This document shows positions 52,622-64,000 of a DNA stretch of 64,000 nt, piece after piece; position 1 is the first letter of the stretch; each line of letters opens with the position of its first letter. The stretch covers positions 2,046,001 through 2,110,000 of the forward strand of contig OZ024741.1 of the NCBI GenBank assembly GCA_964016885.1, given 5' to 3'. The position numbers and the translations under genes were made by a program. The notes beneath the pieces are model-generated. The model was not told the origin of the DNA. It ran no database searches and saw nothing but the letters and a program-made list of their open reading frames with translations. The DNA is from Eledone cirrhosa. Taxonomy: Eukaryota.

Positions 52622-53093
52622 ATATATATATATTTGTTTTAATGTAGACAGTACCTTACTTACTGTGGTTACCCCCGATTGAACCCGAAATAACTTAACC
52701 GCATATATATACATATATATATGACTGCAGAGAGAAAAGAGTACTCAATGCTGAAGTAGAGTTTTAATATTCATATTGTTATGGCTAATAAAATTGTGTG
52801 TGTGTGTGTGTGTGTGCGCGCGCGCGTGTGCGTGCGTGCGCGCGCGTACGTGAATGCGTATAAATGAGTATATGCATAAATATGTATGTATGTATTTCAA
52901 GTAATGACAAAATGTGGTGTAGTCGTTTCGTCCACAACAATAGTTATGTCGTTTTGAAACATTTGTCGTTTTGAAACATTTTAATGCCGGTTATTACGTA
53001 AATATACGTGAAACTGTACACTTCCTATCCTATCGATTCCCAGTTACTGCTTCACGGTTTTACCCTCTTTACAGACAGTGAACACACGGATCG

Positions 53094-53132
<39 letters not shown>

Positions 53133-53163
53133 ACGCTGACACGCGCTTATCTTGATAACCTCC

Positions 53164-53195
<32 letters not shown>

Positions 53196-53616
53196 TGTAT
53201 GTATGTATGTATGTATGTATGTATGTATGTCTACACTCATATATGAATGTGTGTAATTATGAATGCATGCATGAATGTATGATTATATGCATGTGTATGA
53301 AAGCATGTATGTATGTAAGTTTGTGTTTATATATATTATGTAGGGTTTGTAAAAAAATGTGACAAAATAAGCAGCTGGTCATTGTAGTAATTGCGAAATG
53401 GCAAGAGCAGGCATTCTTTTTAGACTGGCTTGAAAGAGTGGAGAAAATCACAGGCTTCCCTCGAGTGTATTCACCACTCTAATACCATTTATAATAATTT
53501 CTTCTTTTGTGTGACCAAACAAGACATGGTGCAATTAAGTTATCTATATATGTTTATACACACACACACACTCACAAGCACACATACACGCACACAGAAA
53601 CACAAGCACATCCCCC

Positions 53617-53676
<60 letters not shown>

Positions 53677-54214
53677 TATGTAAGCAAACTAATATAAATA
53701 CTTAGATACACACACACACACACCATATATATATACATATATATACACACACACACACATATATATATATATACATACACACACACACATATATATATAC
53801 ATATATACACAGACACATATATATATACATACACACACACACACGCATATATATATATATATATATATATAAATACACACACACACACATAGATATATGC
53901 ATATATATAAAACTTCAGTGTTGTATTAATTAGCGATGGAAACTGAAATAAATAAATTGAAATAAAAAAGGCGAAACGATTAAGTCCATTCGTTGAATAC
54001 GGGCAGTTCAATAGACTCCTACAGATATAGTCAGAAGAAGAACAACAATAATGATGATAACGATGACAATAACAACAGTAACAAGAATAAGGTGCCACCA
54101 TGAATGAGAAAAGAATATGGTGGACGTTAATGAGAGAGAAGACTTCAGAAAATATCAGGCATCAGTAAAAGACTCGCAAAATCACTGGTTTGAGAACATA
54201 TGTTTTATCTCGTA

Positions 54215-54258
<44 letters not shown>

Positions 54259-56132
54259 TCATACATATAAAAATATACATATATATACAGTACACATATA
54301 TATATGTGTGTATGGAGAGAGAGAGAGAAAGAGAGAGAGAGGGGAGAGAGAGAGAGAGAGTGAAAGAGAGAGAGAGAGAGGGGGGGAAGAGAGAGAGAGA
54401 GAGAGGGGGAGAGAGAGAGAATGGGGAGGGGGAGACAGACGCATACATAAAACCTAAACAAAACTATGAAAGACCCTTTGGTAAACGTCAAGAATACCTA
54501 CCCGTAAGCTAAAGAGAATATATTTTGAATATACCCGGTTCTGTTGGTTGTAGAACCGATTTAGAGAAGAGGGTGGAATGAATACTTCACTGCACTTGAG
54601 ATTGTTCCCAGACGGAGGAAAAAGAACCCAGATTCCTCTATTTCATTATTTTCGTTTTTTTTTGTTTATAATGAATATTTTGTTGTTGTTGCTTTTCAAT
54701 GCATCTGGGAACCCATATGATTCTATGGTTTGTTGTTGGGTTTTTGTAGGATTTGGTTTTGTTTTTTGCAGGTATCATCATCAGATATGAGTGGATAGAC
54801 TCTCTCGGTTAAAAGAAGAGTGGGGGAGAAATGTTAAACATATTTACAATTTACACATTAGTTATCCTCTCTTCTGATAGAAATCCCCATGAGGTGGGGA
54901 TACAAAGGACCCGTCATCATTTCCCTGCCCCACTCCACGGAAACGATAATAGCAAGAAACACTAATGAAACTAGAGTCAATCGACAACACGCCACCGTTT
55001 GAAAAAAAAGGGCAAAAGATTTTGTGAGAAAAACAATTTATTAATTTTTTTTTCTTACAAAATCTGTTGACCAGCGGACATTATAATAATTGTTTCTACT
55101 TTTGGCACAAGGCCAGCAATTACCCAGTGCATTACTGGTTACAATAATACTCTATACAAAGATGCTACACTGAAAACATGACTGTCTTCCAGATTGATCC
55201 CTTTTATTAAGGATTTCTCCTAATCCCTTAATAGTATTTTGTGCTTTAGAAATGTAACGTTCCTAAATCCCTTGTATTAAAGTGATGAAGCCTCTTCATC
55301 TTCATAATTAGAATGTTTAGTGGCGCATGGGATACCTGCTTAGCATTGTCTATAAAGGGTCGTGAGAGGGATAGGAAATCATAGATTCTTTAGAATTTCT
55401 CAAGAGTTAAAGGCTTTCTTATTGAATTTGGTGCTGTGTTTTGTGTTGTATCTGTAAATATTGGTTTATATATTGATATTAGTAAAACCAACAGAGTTGT
55501 TCACTTTGTTTTCTATATAGAGTTGTAGTGACTAATGCAGCCCTATCGAGAGTTTTGCCATTTACTGTGTGGAAAAGTGTTGTGATATAACCTTGTTGCA
55601 AGTGTAGGCTTGAATGACCCATGTAACAATTTTAGTCAAGAACTTTTCTCTCAGAATGAAGGGCAAATGATATGATGCATGTGTTTGAACAACGATGTTG
55701 TATAGCCGTGAGATGTAGGACTTGAGTGCAAAAGATTTGGGATGGCAAAAAAAAAAAGAAGAATGAAGGAATCTTGTTTTGCTAGATGTGTAATGTTAGT
55801 GTTTATGAAGGATAATGCACAAGTTATCTGAGAAGTTGAATATAACGGGGTTTGAGGGTAGCTTGAGAAAGAAGTGATTGCAGTGGGGGTGGAGATGTGA
55901 TGGAAGAGGGGAAACCAAAGAGGATATGAAAGGAAATTATGAGAAATGTCCTAAAAAAAATGAGCTTCATGAAAGCTGACTTACATATTCACATAACCCC
56001 CCCCCCCCACACACACACACAAACAATATATATTATTTAAATACAGCTATATATATATACATATATATACACGTATACTTATGTAAATATATGTATATGT
56101 ATATTATTGGCAACATGACCCTCCCAAAGTAT

Positions 56133-56172
<40 letters not shown>

Positions 56173-56285
56173 GAGAGAGAGAGAGAGAGAGGTAGAACAC
56201 TGGAAGGTAATATCCGTAGTGGTAGAGCACTCAGTCCATGGGACGAGTTAGCTTGTAATGGACTTGGTTATAACCATGTCCATTA

Positions 56286-56323
56286 CGAGCTGAAGATCCG
56301 CTAAGGTGAAACAATTGTTCTCG
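56286..56323 (+). ncRNA. Minimal type I hammerhead-like motif
   Basis: cgag-CTGAAGA-tcc-gctaa-ggt-GAAA-caattg-TT-ctcg. A related, deleted copy lies at 51360-51510. Confidence 0.7.
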
Positions 56324-56473
56324 ATATAGTGAACTAACTGTTGTGTTACCACTTATATATATATATGTATATATATGAAATATATATATATATATATATG
56401 GGAGCTTCCAACAGAAATGGTCGCATTCTTTAAGGGTATGTCAATATTTATTTATAAAACTGATCTATATTAT

Positions 56474-56536
56474 ATTTTATCTGATGAAAGCACACCATAA
56501 TTTAACTTGATGTCCTTGAAATATGTATAATGAAAT
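56474..56536 (+). ncRNA. Type I hammerhead motif
   Basis: attttat-CTGATGA-aag..ctt-GAAA-tatgta-TA-atgaaat; same family as 61648-61706. Confidence 0.7.
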
Positions 56537-56578
56537 AAATATGGTTTTATAAATATAGTTTCCATTTGTTAATATACC

Positions 56579-56628
<50 letters not shown>

Positions 56629-56682
56629 TTGCGAGGTTTTTGATATGAAATCGTGTGTCGAAACAAATATTGTTATACTTTG

Positions 56683-59018
56683 GGGGGGTCATATTTGTGT
56701 AATATTGCCAGAATTAATAACAGAACACACTCACTCTTTGGTTGGTTTTCGCTTTTCGCTTCTGTGTCTTTTATATCGGTAATCTAATTTATTCGGTCCT
56801 CAATGTTGCCATTGACTGACCAACGGTCAACAATACAGATACAATATAGACACAAACACATATATATAGTTTATCAAAGTTCTTTCGGTGCACATCTGCA
56901 ACATCGTCAGTGGTGCTATTGTTTCCTCCCGTTGCATTGTATTTTCTACGCCATCTTTATTTAGTCTGTTTATATATTTATTTATTTGTTTATATTATTT
57001 TGTCTTCTTTGCGAATGCGTTTGCGTGTGTGTATAGTGTTTTGTTTGATGTGTGTTCGTTATTGGGTGACTGTGTATTGGTTAATGTATTCTATCTTTAC
57101 TAGTGTGTGTTTATATGTGTTTGTTGTTATTGTGCTTGTGTATGTATTAATTAATTTATTTATTTATACTTCTCTTATTTATTTGTTTATTTATTTATTT
57201 ATCTATTTATTCAAGTTCAACGAGAAGATCTACACCCAAAATGAGGGAGCAGCCATCGGCGTCAGCATAGTTGGTGATGTTGCCAACCTTTTTATGGTAT
57301 GGTGGGAAAGGAGACTTAAAGATCTCCTTAATGAGAGCTCCATAGACCTCATCATATACTCTCGTTACGTAGACGATATCAATATAGTTATAAGAACATC
57401 CCCACAAGAGAGCACTAACAAGTTTGATTTAGAACGTAGCACAATGGGAAGCATCCAGCAGCTAGCTAATTCCATACACCAGAGTATAATTTTAACTATC
57501 GATTACCCTTCCAAACACCCTAACAATAGACTACCTGTATTAGACACGGAACCCTGGATTAACACTATAGACGAGAGAGCCCAAATTCTCCACTCACACT
57601 ATGCTAAACCCATGGCCTCCAAATACCTGATACTCAAAAACTCAGTGATGTCCAGTAGTGTTGGGTTTAATATTCTGATCGCAGACTTGGTACGAGTGAT
57701 GAAGAACGTGTCCCGCATGTGCGACCCAACAGAAATGGAAAGACACATCCAACACTTCATCAACCGCATGCAGTTCTCTGGCTACAACCAAAGAGACAGA
57801 ATCAGAGTATACGAAGGAACCACGGAGAACTATAAGACCCTCATAGAACTGGACATGAAAGGAATTTGCCCATTATACAGGAGCAAATCATGGAATAGCT
57901 TAGATAGGGCTAGACATAAGATAGGGAAAGCCACCTCATGGTACGACAACCAGAGATACCAGAGTGTCATGTTTGTGGACGCTACCCCTGGAGGGAAATT
58001 AGCTAATCAGTGTAGAAAGGCCCTGAGAAAGACCCACTTAAAGATTAAGGTGGTAGAAAAGCCAGGAACCACCATAAAATCCCTGATTAGCAAAACCTAC
58101 CCTTTCAAGAAAACCCACTGTACTAATAGGAAATGTATCATATGTAAGGTAAACCCCCGGATAAACTGTAAAACTAGAAACGTAGTCTATAGCATAAGAT
58201 GTACAGAGGGTACTTGCAGAAACATGACAACAACATACATAGGGGAGACAGCTCGTAGCATAGGTGAAAGGATAGACCAACACTGGGGGGAACTAAAAGG
58301 ACGAAAAAACGGTTCAGTACTATACGAACATGCCAGACAACAACACGACGGTAACATACACAACATAGAAATTAGAATAATATCTAAACATAGAAATCAC
58401 CCAGCAGATAGGCAAATCAGAGAGGCCATTGAAATAGAATTTAGAAGGCCAAGGCTAAACAGAAAAAAATGAATGGAATAACAACAACACCCAAACAAAC
58501 AACACTGACATAAGAGAAGTATAAATAAATAAATAAATAGATAAATAAATAAATACATACACAAGCACAATAACAACAAACACATATAAACACACACTGG
58601 TAAAGATAAAATACATTAACCAATACACAGCCACCCAATCAGGAACACACATCAAACAAAACACTATACACACACGCAAACGCATTCGCAAAGAAGACAA
58701 AATAATATAAACAAATAAATAAATATATAAACAGACTAAATAAAGATGGCGTAGAAAATACAATGCAACGGGAGGAAACAATAGCACCACTGACGATGTT
58801 GCAGATGTGCACCGAAAGAACTTTGATAAACTATATATATGTGTTTGTGTCTATATTGTATCTGTATTTTTGACCGTTGGTCAGTCAATGGCAACATTGA
58901 GGACCGAATAAATTAGATTACCGATATAAAAGACACAGAAGCGAAAAGCGAAAACCAACCAAAGAGTGAGTGTGTTCTGTTATTAATTCTGGCAATATTA
59001 CACAAATATGACCCTCCC
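56683..59018 (+). mobile_element. Penelope-like element D (lineage distinct from A and B) with ~500-bp inverted repeats
   Basis: 56683-57178 is the reverse complement of 58511-59018; RT-GIY-YIG coding region in between. Confidence 0.9.
57210..58472 (+). CDS. 5'-truncated PLE RT + GIY-YIG (open frame, no native start)
   Basis: FKFNEKIYTQNEGAAIG, YSRYVDDI, LPVLD, C..C..C..CKTRNVVYSIRC..YIGETARSIGERIDQH, RQIREA, LNRK. The first ~100 aa of the track ORF come from the inverted repeat. Confidence 0.85.
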   Translation, partial: FKFNEKIYTQNEGAAIGVSIVGDVANLFMVWWERRLKDLLNESSIDLIIYSRYVDDINIVIRTSPQESTNKFDLERSTMGSIQQLANSIHQSIILTIDYPSKHPNNRLPVLDTEPWINTIDERAQILHSHYAKPMASKYLILKNSVMSSSVGFNILIADLVRVMKNVSRMCDPTEMERHIQHFINRMQFSGYNQRDRIRVYEGTTENYKTLIELDMKGICPLYRSKSWNSLDRARHKIGKATSWYDNQRYQSVMFVDATPGGKLANQCRKALRKTHLKIKVVEKPGTTIKSLISKTYPFKKTHCTNRKCIICKVNPRINCKTRNVVYSIRCTEGTCRNMTTTYIGETARSIGERIDQHWGELKGRKNGSVLYEHARQQHDGNIHNIEIRIISKHRNHPADRQIREAIEIEFRRPRLNRKK

Positions 59019-59042
59019 CTATATATGTATATATATATATAT

Positions 59043-59471
59043 ATAGTTTAGCGAGGTTTTTTATATGAAATCGTGTGTCGAAACAAATATTGTTATACTT
59101 GGGGAGGGTCATATTTGTGTAATATTGCCAGAATTAATAACAGAACACACTCACTGTTTGGTTGGTTTTCGCTTCTAGCTGTCTTTTATATCTGCGATCT
59201 AACTTACTCGGTCCTCAATGTTGCCATTGACTGACCGACGGTCAAAAATAATACAGATACAATATAGACACAAACACATATATGTTTGTGTCTATATTGT
59301 ATCTGTATTATTTTTGACCGTCGGTCAGTCAATGGCAACATTGAGGACCGAGTAAGTTAGATCGCAGATATAAAAGACAGCGAAAAGCGAAAACCAACCA
59401 AACAGTGAGTGTGTTCTGTTATTAATTCTGGCAATATTACACAAATATGACCCTCCCCAAGTATAACAATA
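59043..59471. repeat. PLE D-family pLTR palindrome (centre ~59280)
   Basis: 59088-59280 is the reverse complement of 59281-59471. Confidence 0.88.
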
Positions 59472-59626
59472 TATATATATATGCATTTATAAATATATAT
59501 ATATATAATTGAAATATATATATATATGAAATGGATATATATATATATATATATATGAAATGTATATGTATATATGTATATATATATGTATATATGAATG
59601 CGTGCCTATAAATATGCATGTGTACT

Positions 59627-59693
<67 letters not shown>

Positions 59694-60628
59694 TATATTC
59701 ATATAAGCATACAAACACTTACATATACATATACATACACATATAATATAATAAACAAATAAATATGTAAATAAAGTAAATCGTTTTCCGGATGTCATTT
59801 GCACTAATATGAGTATCTAGGGCATGTAGGGGTGAGGTGACGGGGTGGGGTATGGTGGCCGGGGGGGTATGATGAGGGGTGTCGTATGGTGGCGGGGGGA
59901 GGTGTGGCGGTGTGGGGTATGGGGGGGGGGGTCGTTGAGGATGTTTGGTGAGGCGATGAAAATGAATGATGGTGAAGGGGAATGTTGCTTAGATAGATTA
60001 CTTTGTACCTTTACCTCCCCCCTCTCTTACCACTTCTCTTTCATTCTTCTTTCCCCCACCCCCGACTACCACAAATACACATACAAATAATCCCGTCCCC
60101 CTTTCTCGAAATTCTACCACCCCCAGATTGCTCCAGGGGTCAACCAGAGGTCAGGAGTCTTGACAAAAATATATTCCAAGCGGGTGGTTTAGAGAGAGAC
60201 TTTAACGGTAGTGATAAAATTTGGTTGGGGGCCGGGGTGGAGTAGCAGGGTGATGTTGGACGGGGGCTAGGGTGAATGGTTCAGAGAGGGGGATATATAC
60301 ATTAGGACTTGTTGAAGGTGGCCATGTGGTGAGGGAGGTGGCTAAGGTAGCCATGGTGGTGAGAGAGGTGGATAAGGGGACCAGGATCGTCAGAGAGAAT
60401 TTCTGATGGACTGAAATAAATACATAAATACCTACATGTTGATGCATTTATTTTGTTCAGATGTTTATTTAGCTCTCATATATATATATATATATATATA
60501 TGATGGCGGTCACCCAGGTTGGTAACTGTTGACTCTGGCCGCCTTCAGGTCTTAAACCTTTCTCTCTACTTTTCAGCCCCTTGGACTGTGTCTACCATTA
60601 TTATATTCCTTTATTAGATGAATTTCGT

Positions 60629-60688
60629 AACACCTGATGATGTCACCGGATTCCTGCAGAAGCCGGTCATTGAAATGTGCATAGTGTT
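60629..60688 (+). ncRNA. Type I hammerhead motif
   Basis: aacac-CTGATGA-tg..accgg..ccggt-ca..-GAAA-tgtgca-TA-gtgtt. Confidence 0.75.
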
Positions 60689-61226
60689 TATAATAAATCT
60701 TTAAGGAATTTCACCAGTCCAGCTTCCTGTCATTTTACTCAATAATAATTAACTCCGTTCTCGCACGACCAATAAGATTCAACATAAACGAAAATGGGTG
60801 AATTGCAATACGTCGAGTGCTTTTCCTAATATTACATCACGGTTGACTATACGGAATGACCAGTTCTATCCAGTGGTGAACCATCAAACCTAAATGAATA
60901 TATATTATTATATTACATTCAAAGTAAAGGATGTCATGAATGATACAAAATCAAACATGTCTTGTCTCTAAAAACAACTCAAGATAGAAGTCAGAGAATA
61001 AAATCGAGCCTTAATCATTATAAGAAAGTGAATGAAATATATTCATACACACATAAGCGTGCATTAAGCTATATATGAGTGAAATATATTGATCGTTATC
61101 AGGTATTTTAATTTTTTATTAAATTTTATAAGATACTCAACGAATTATGTAATCTTACATTCAGTGCAGATTGTCTCTAGTTGTTTACCAACACCTAGTA
61201 TGCAGATCGGAGCACTCGACGTAGTA

Positions 61227-61274
<48 letters not shown>

Positions 61275-61281
<7 letters not shown>

Positions 61282-61567
61282 ATACTTGGGGAGGGTCATA
61301 TTTGTGTAATATTGCCAGAATTAATAACAGAACACACTCACTGTTTGGTTGGTTTTCGCTTCTCGCTGTCTTTTATATCGGTAATCTAACTTACTCGGTC
61401 CTCAATGTTGCCATAAAAATAATACAGATACAATATAGACAATATAGTGTGTTCTGTTATTAATTCTGGCAATATTACACAAATATGACCCTCCCCAAGT
61501 ATAACAATATTTGTTTCGACACACGATTTCATATAAAAAACCTCGCAAAACTAATTCATCGCCGCTA
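61275..61567. repeat. PLE D-family inverted pLTR remnant
   Basis: 61275-61336 is the reverse complement of 61447-61510; the sequence matches 31490-31740. Confidence 0.85.
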
Positions 61568-61647
61568 TATATATATATATATTCAGACAGAACTCACAAC
61601 GTTAAGTTCTAGCTTGAATATGTCACTATCTATAAACCAACTTTTGT

Positions 61648-61706
61648 ATTTTATCTGATGAGAGTGTACCAACATTTTGGTACCCTTGAAATATATATAA
61701 TAAAAT
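61648..61706 (+). ncRNA. Type I hammerhead ribozyme motif
   Basis: attttat-CTGATGA-gagtgtaccaa-catt-ttggtaccctt-GAAA-tatata-TA-ataaaat. Confidence 0.82.
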
Positions 61707-61748
61707 AAATATGGTTTTATAAAGATAGTTTCCATCTATTAATATTAT

Positions 61749-61834
<86 letters not shown>

Positions 61835-62224
61835 CATAAACGGAGAAGGCTAATAGCGGTACTCCGGCCAAATTCCAACTCGCTCAACAAACATTAGGAA
61901 ATACCTGAGTATATACACAATTAAACGTTTGGGGTGCTAACTATATTGTATTGTGTGGATAATTGGCTGTATTATTTCATATGAGATATTATATATATGT
62001 GTGTGTGTGTGTGTGTGAGTGTGTGTGTGTAAATTTTAAAAAAGCTTTAAAGCCATACGATGAGTTGTTGTTTGGCCCCTGCCAACTCATCTCCGACTGG
62101 TCCTTTAAAACCCTCACACGGATCCGCCCTTCTAATCAAATTTGGTAAAATTCTATCTTTAATATTTTAATATTTTAATGCACTTTATTGTCTTATTACA
62201 GCATTTCAACGTCGACCATAACGA

Positions 62225-62402
62225 TTTCTAGTATAGACACAAGGCCAGTAATTTGTTTTGGGGGGAGGCGATTAAATCGACCTCAGTACATTACTGGTGC
62301 TTTATTTTATCGACCTTGTAAGGATGAAAGGTAGAGTTAACCTCGGTAGGATTTGAACTCAGATCATAAAGGACCATAACTCTATGCTGCCTAGCATGGT
62401 GT
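62225..62402 (-). mobile_element. tRNA-derived SINE
   Basis: Box B GAGTTCAAATCC, core CTTTCATCCTTACAAGGTCGATAAAATAAAG and tail GGCCTTGTGTCTATACTAGAAAT. Confidence 0.8.
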
Positions 62403-62525
62403 CGAAACGGCTTGAGCTCTGCTGTCGGGGTTCTGACTCCTTTCCTATTACCCATTCTACTACCCAAAGTATCGAGTACTCTGGTGCGTTATGGTCCACT
62501 TGGTTCTTTACCACACTTCCTTTGT

Positions 62526-62557
<32 letters not shown>

Positions 62558-62579
62558 TATATATATATTAGATATACAA

Positions 62580-62683
<104 letters not shown>

Positions 62684-62828
62684 ATCTCTAATATAGAAAT
62701 GGCTTCTACGGAACTCGAAGGAATGAAACAGCTCTAGTCATGTAGAAGCTCTTCTATATTAAATATTTATACTCTGCTATGTATTGAGTACCTTACTTAC
62801 TGTGGTTACCAGCGATTGAACCCGGGAT

Positions 62829-62860
<32 letters not shown>

Positions 62861-62867
62861 GTATACA

Positions 62868-64000
62868 CTTTATAATTTCACAAAGTTTTACCAATAGAGA
62901 GAGAGAGTCGGTTTCTAACATAGACACAAGACTCTCTCATTGGAATTTACACAACATCAACTAGGTAGATATGTATGTCTGCATGTGTAGATATAGATGT
63001 TATTGTATGTGTAGATGTGTATGCTTTGAGTTGTATGTGTGCATGTGTATATGCTTTGCATCTGTACATGTGTATATGCAGTTATTAGATGCAAAATGTT
63101 TGGAATGTTTTACATAAATTTATTGTTCCATTAATGGATTGTACTTATAATTTCCTAACTAGTTCTTCTCAAGATTTGTATTGAGGCAGTTACTAACATA
63201 CCCCAGTGCCCCAATAATCACAGGCATAAATCTGAAGGTGTAATCAGGATGGAGTATCTGCAGATTTCTCATCAGTTCTGCATAAATATTCTTTTCACTA
63301 ATCTTTGATATTATATTGGCATCTGCTGGGCAGCTAATTCCCACTACTGTGCATGCTTTCTTCTCCCTGTCCCATATCATAATATCTGGTCTGTTATGCC
63401 TGTATTTTATTGGGGTTTTTACTGGAACATTCCACCAGTACTCTTTCATATTATGTACATGGATGTCTTCCACATTGCTGTAGCTTTTAATGTGTATATT
63501 ATCGGGCTATCTTTTTTACGAACTGCATTGTACAGTGTTTTGGCCACTACATTATGCCTCTTAGGTAGATAGTACCGCGATGACATCTTTGGACAGCTGC
63601 TGATGACATGGGTGATATCCTCGATGTTAGTTCTGCAGAGTCTACACTTGTTATCCCATCTAGGTGTTTTGCCTGCATCCCTATCTCTTTTGTGAATCAG
63701 GTATTTCGTGTTAATCTCCTGTTCTTGGATTGCAAAAGCGTATCCTTCAAAGTGGGAGCCAATACAGCGATTGTTGGTTCAAGATAGACTACTTTCCTTA
63801 TCTATATTACTCTCACTCTGGAGCTTCTTGGCAACATATCCATGCATGATTTTTTGCTGATAAGTATGCAGTTTTTCATCCATGGATTCACTGCGATACT
63901 GCTGAGCGACTTCCCTGGGTGTGAGTTTTTGATTATAACACAGGGAATATCTCTCGATGAGTTCCTTCCCAACTCTCATGATCTTATCTGTTTCATGCGG
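62868..64000 (-). mobile_element. 3' part of an RLE-type (R4/Dong-like) non-LTR retrotransposon, decayed, running off the window
   Basis: FEGYAFAIQEQEINTKY..CRLC...EDITHVISSCP..Y..RHN (CCHC), then HNRPDIMIWD..ISCPAD..EK..Y..MPVIIGALG (PD..D/ExK restriction-like nuclease). Confidence 0.85.

Noticed and set aside
56910-57209. Hydrophobic N-terminus of the 520-aa ORF suggesting a membrane-anchored RT
   Set aside because: It is the T-rich inverted copy of the element's 3'UTR read in frame by chance.

Overview
Repeat-dense animal (eukaryotic) genomic DNA, most likely an octopod cephalopod. That assignment is inferred from the tRNA/Nin-type SINE family and the extreme (TA)n/(CA)n content. The only host coding sequence I can support is the last coding exon of lin-28 (minus strand, 45034-45262); its upstream exons were not found in the window. 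The rest is mobile DNA. (i) Three full-length, mutually divergent Tx1/L1-clade LINEs lie head-to-tail (1775-19319), each bounded by (GATA)n, plus a truncated fourth copy. (ii) Four coding Penelope-like elements (PLEs), three with inverted pseudo-LTRs, and about ten short fold-back palindromes in (TA)n carry many type I hammerhead ribozyme motifs. (iii) There are tRNA-derived SINEs, a non-autonomous Helitron, a Tc1/mariner MITE and an RLE-type (R4/Dong-like) LINE fragment. The most notable signals are apparent (TATC)n target specificity of the Tx1 family, fold-back points that cluster at the hammerhead core/stem II, and a 21-nt 3'-terminal motif shared by the Tx1 LINEs, the SINEs and the RLE LINE. 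Most short ORFs in the track are microsatellite or antisense noise. All alignments and folds were done by eye.
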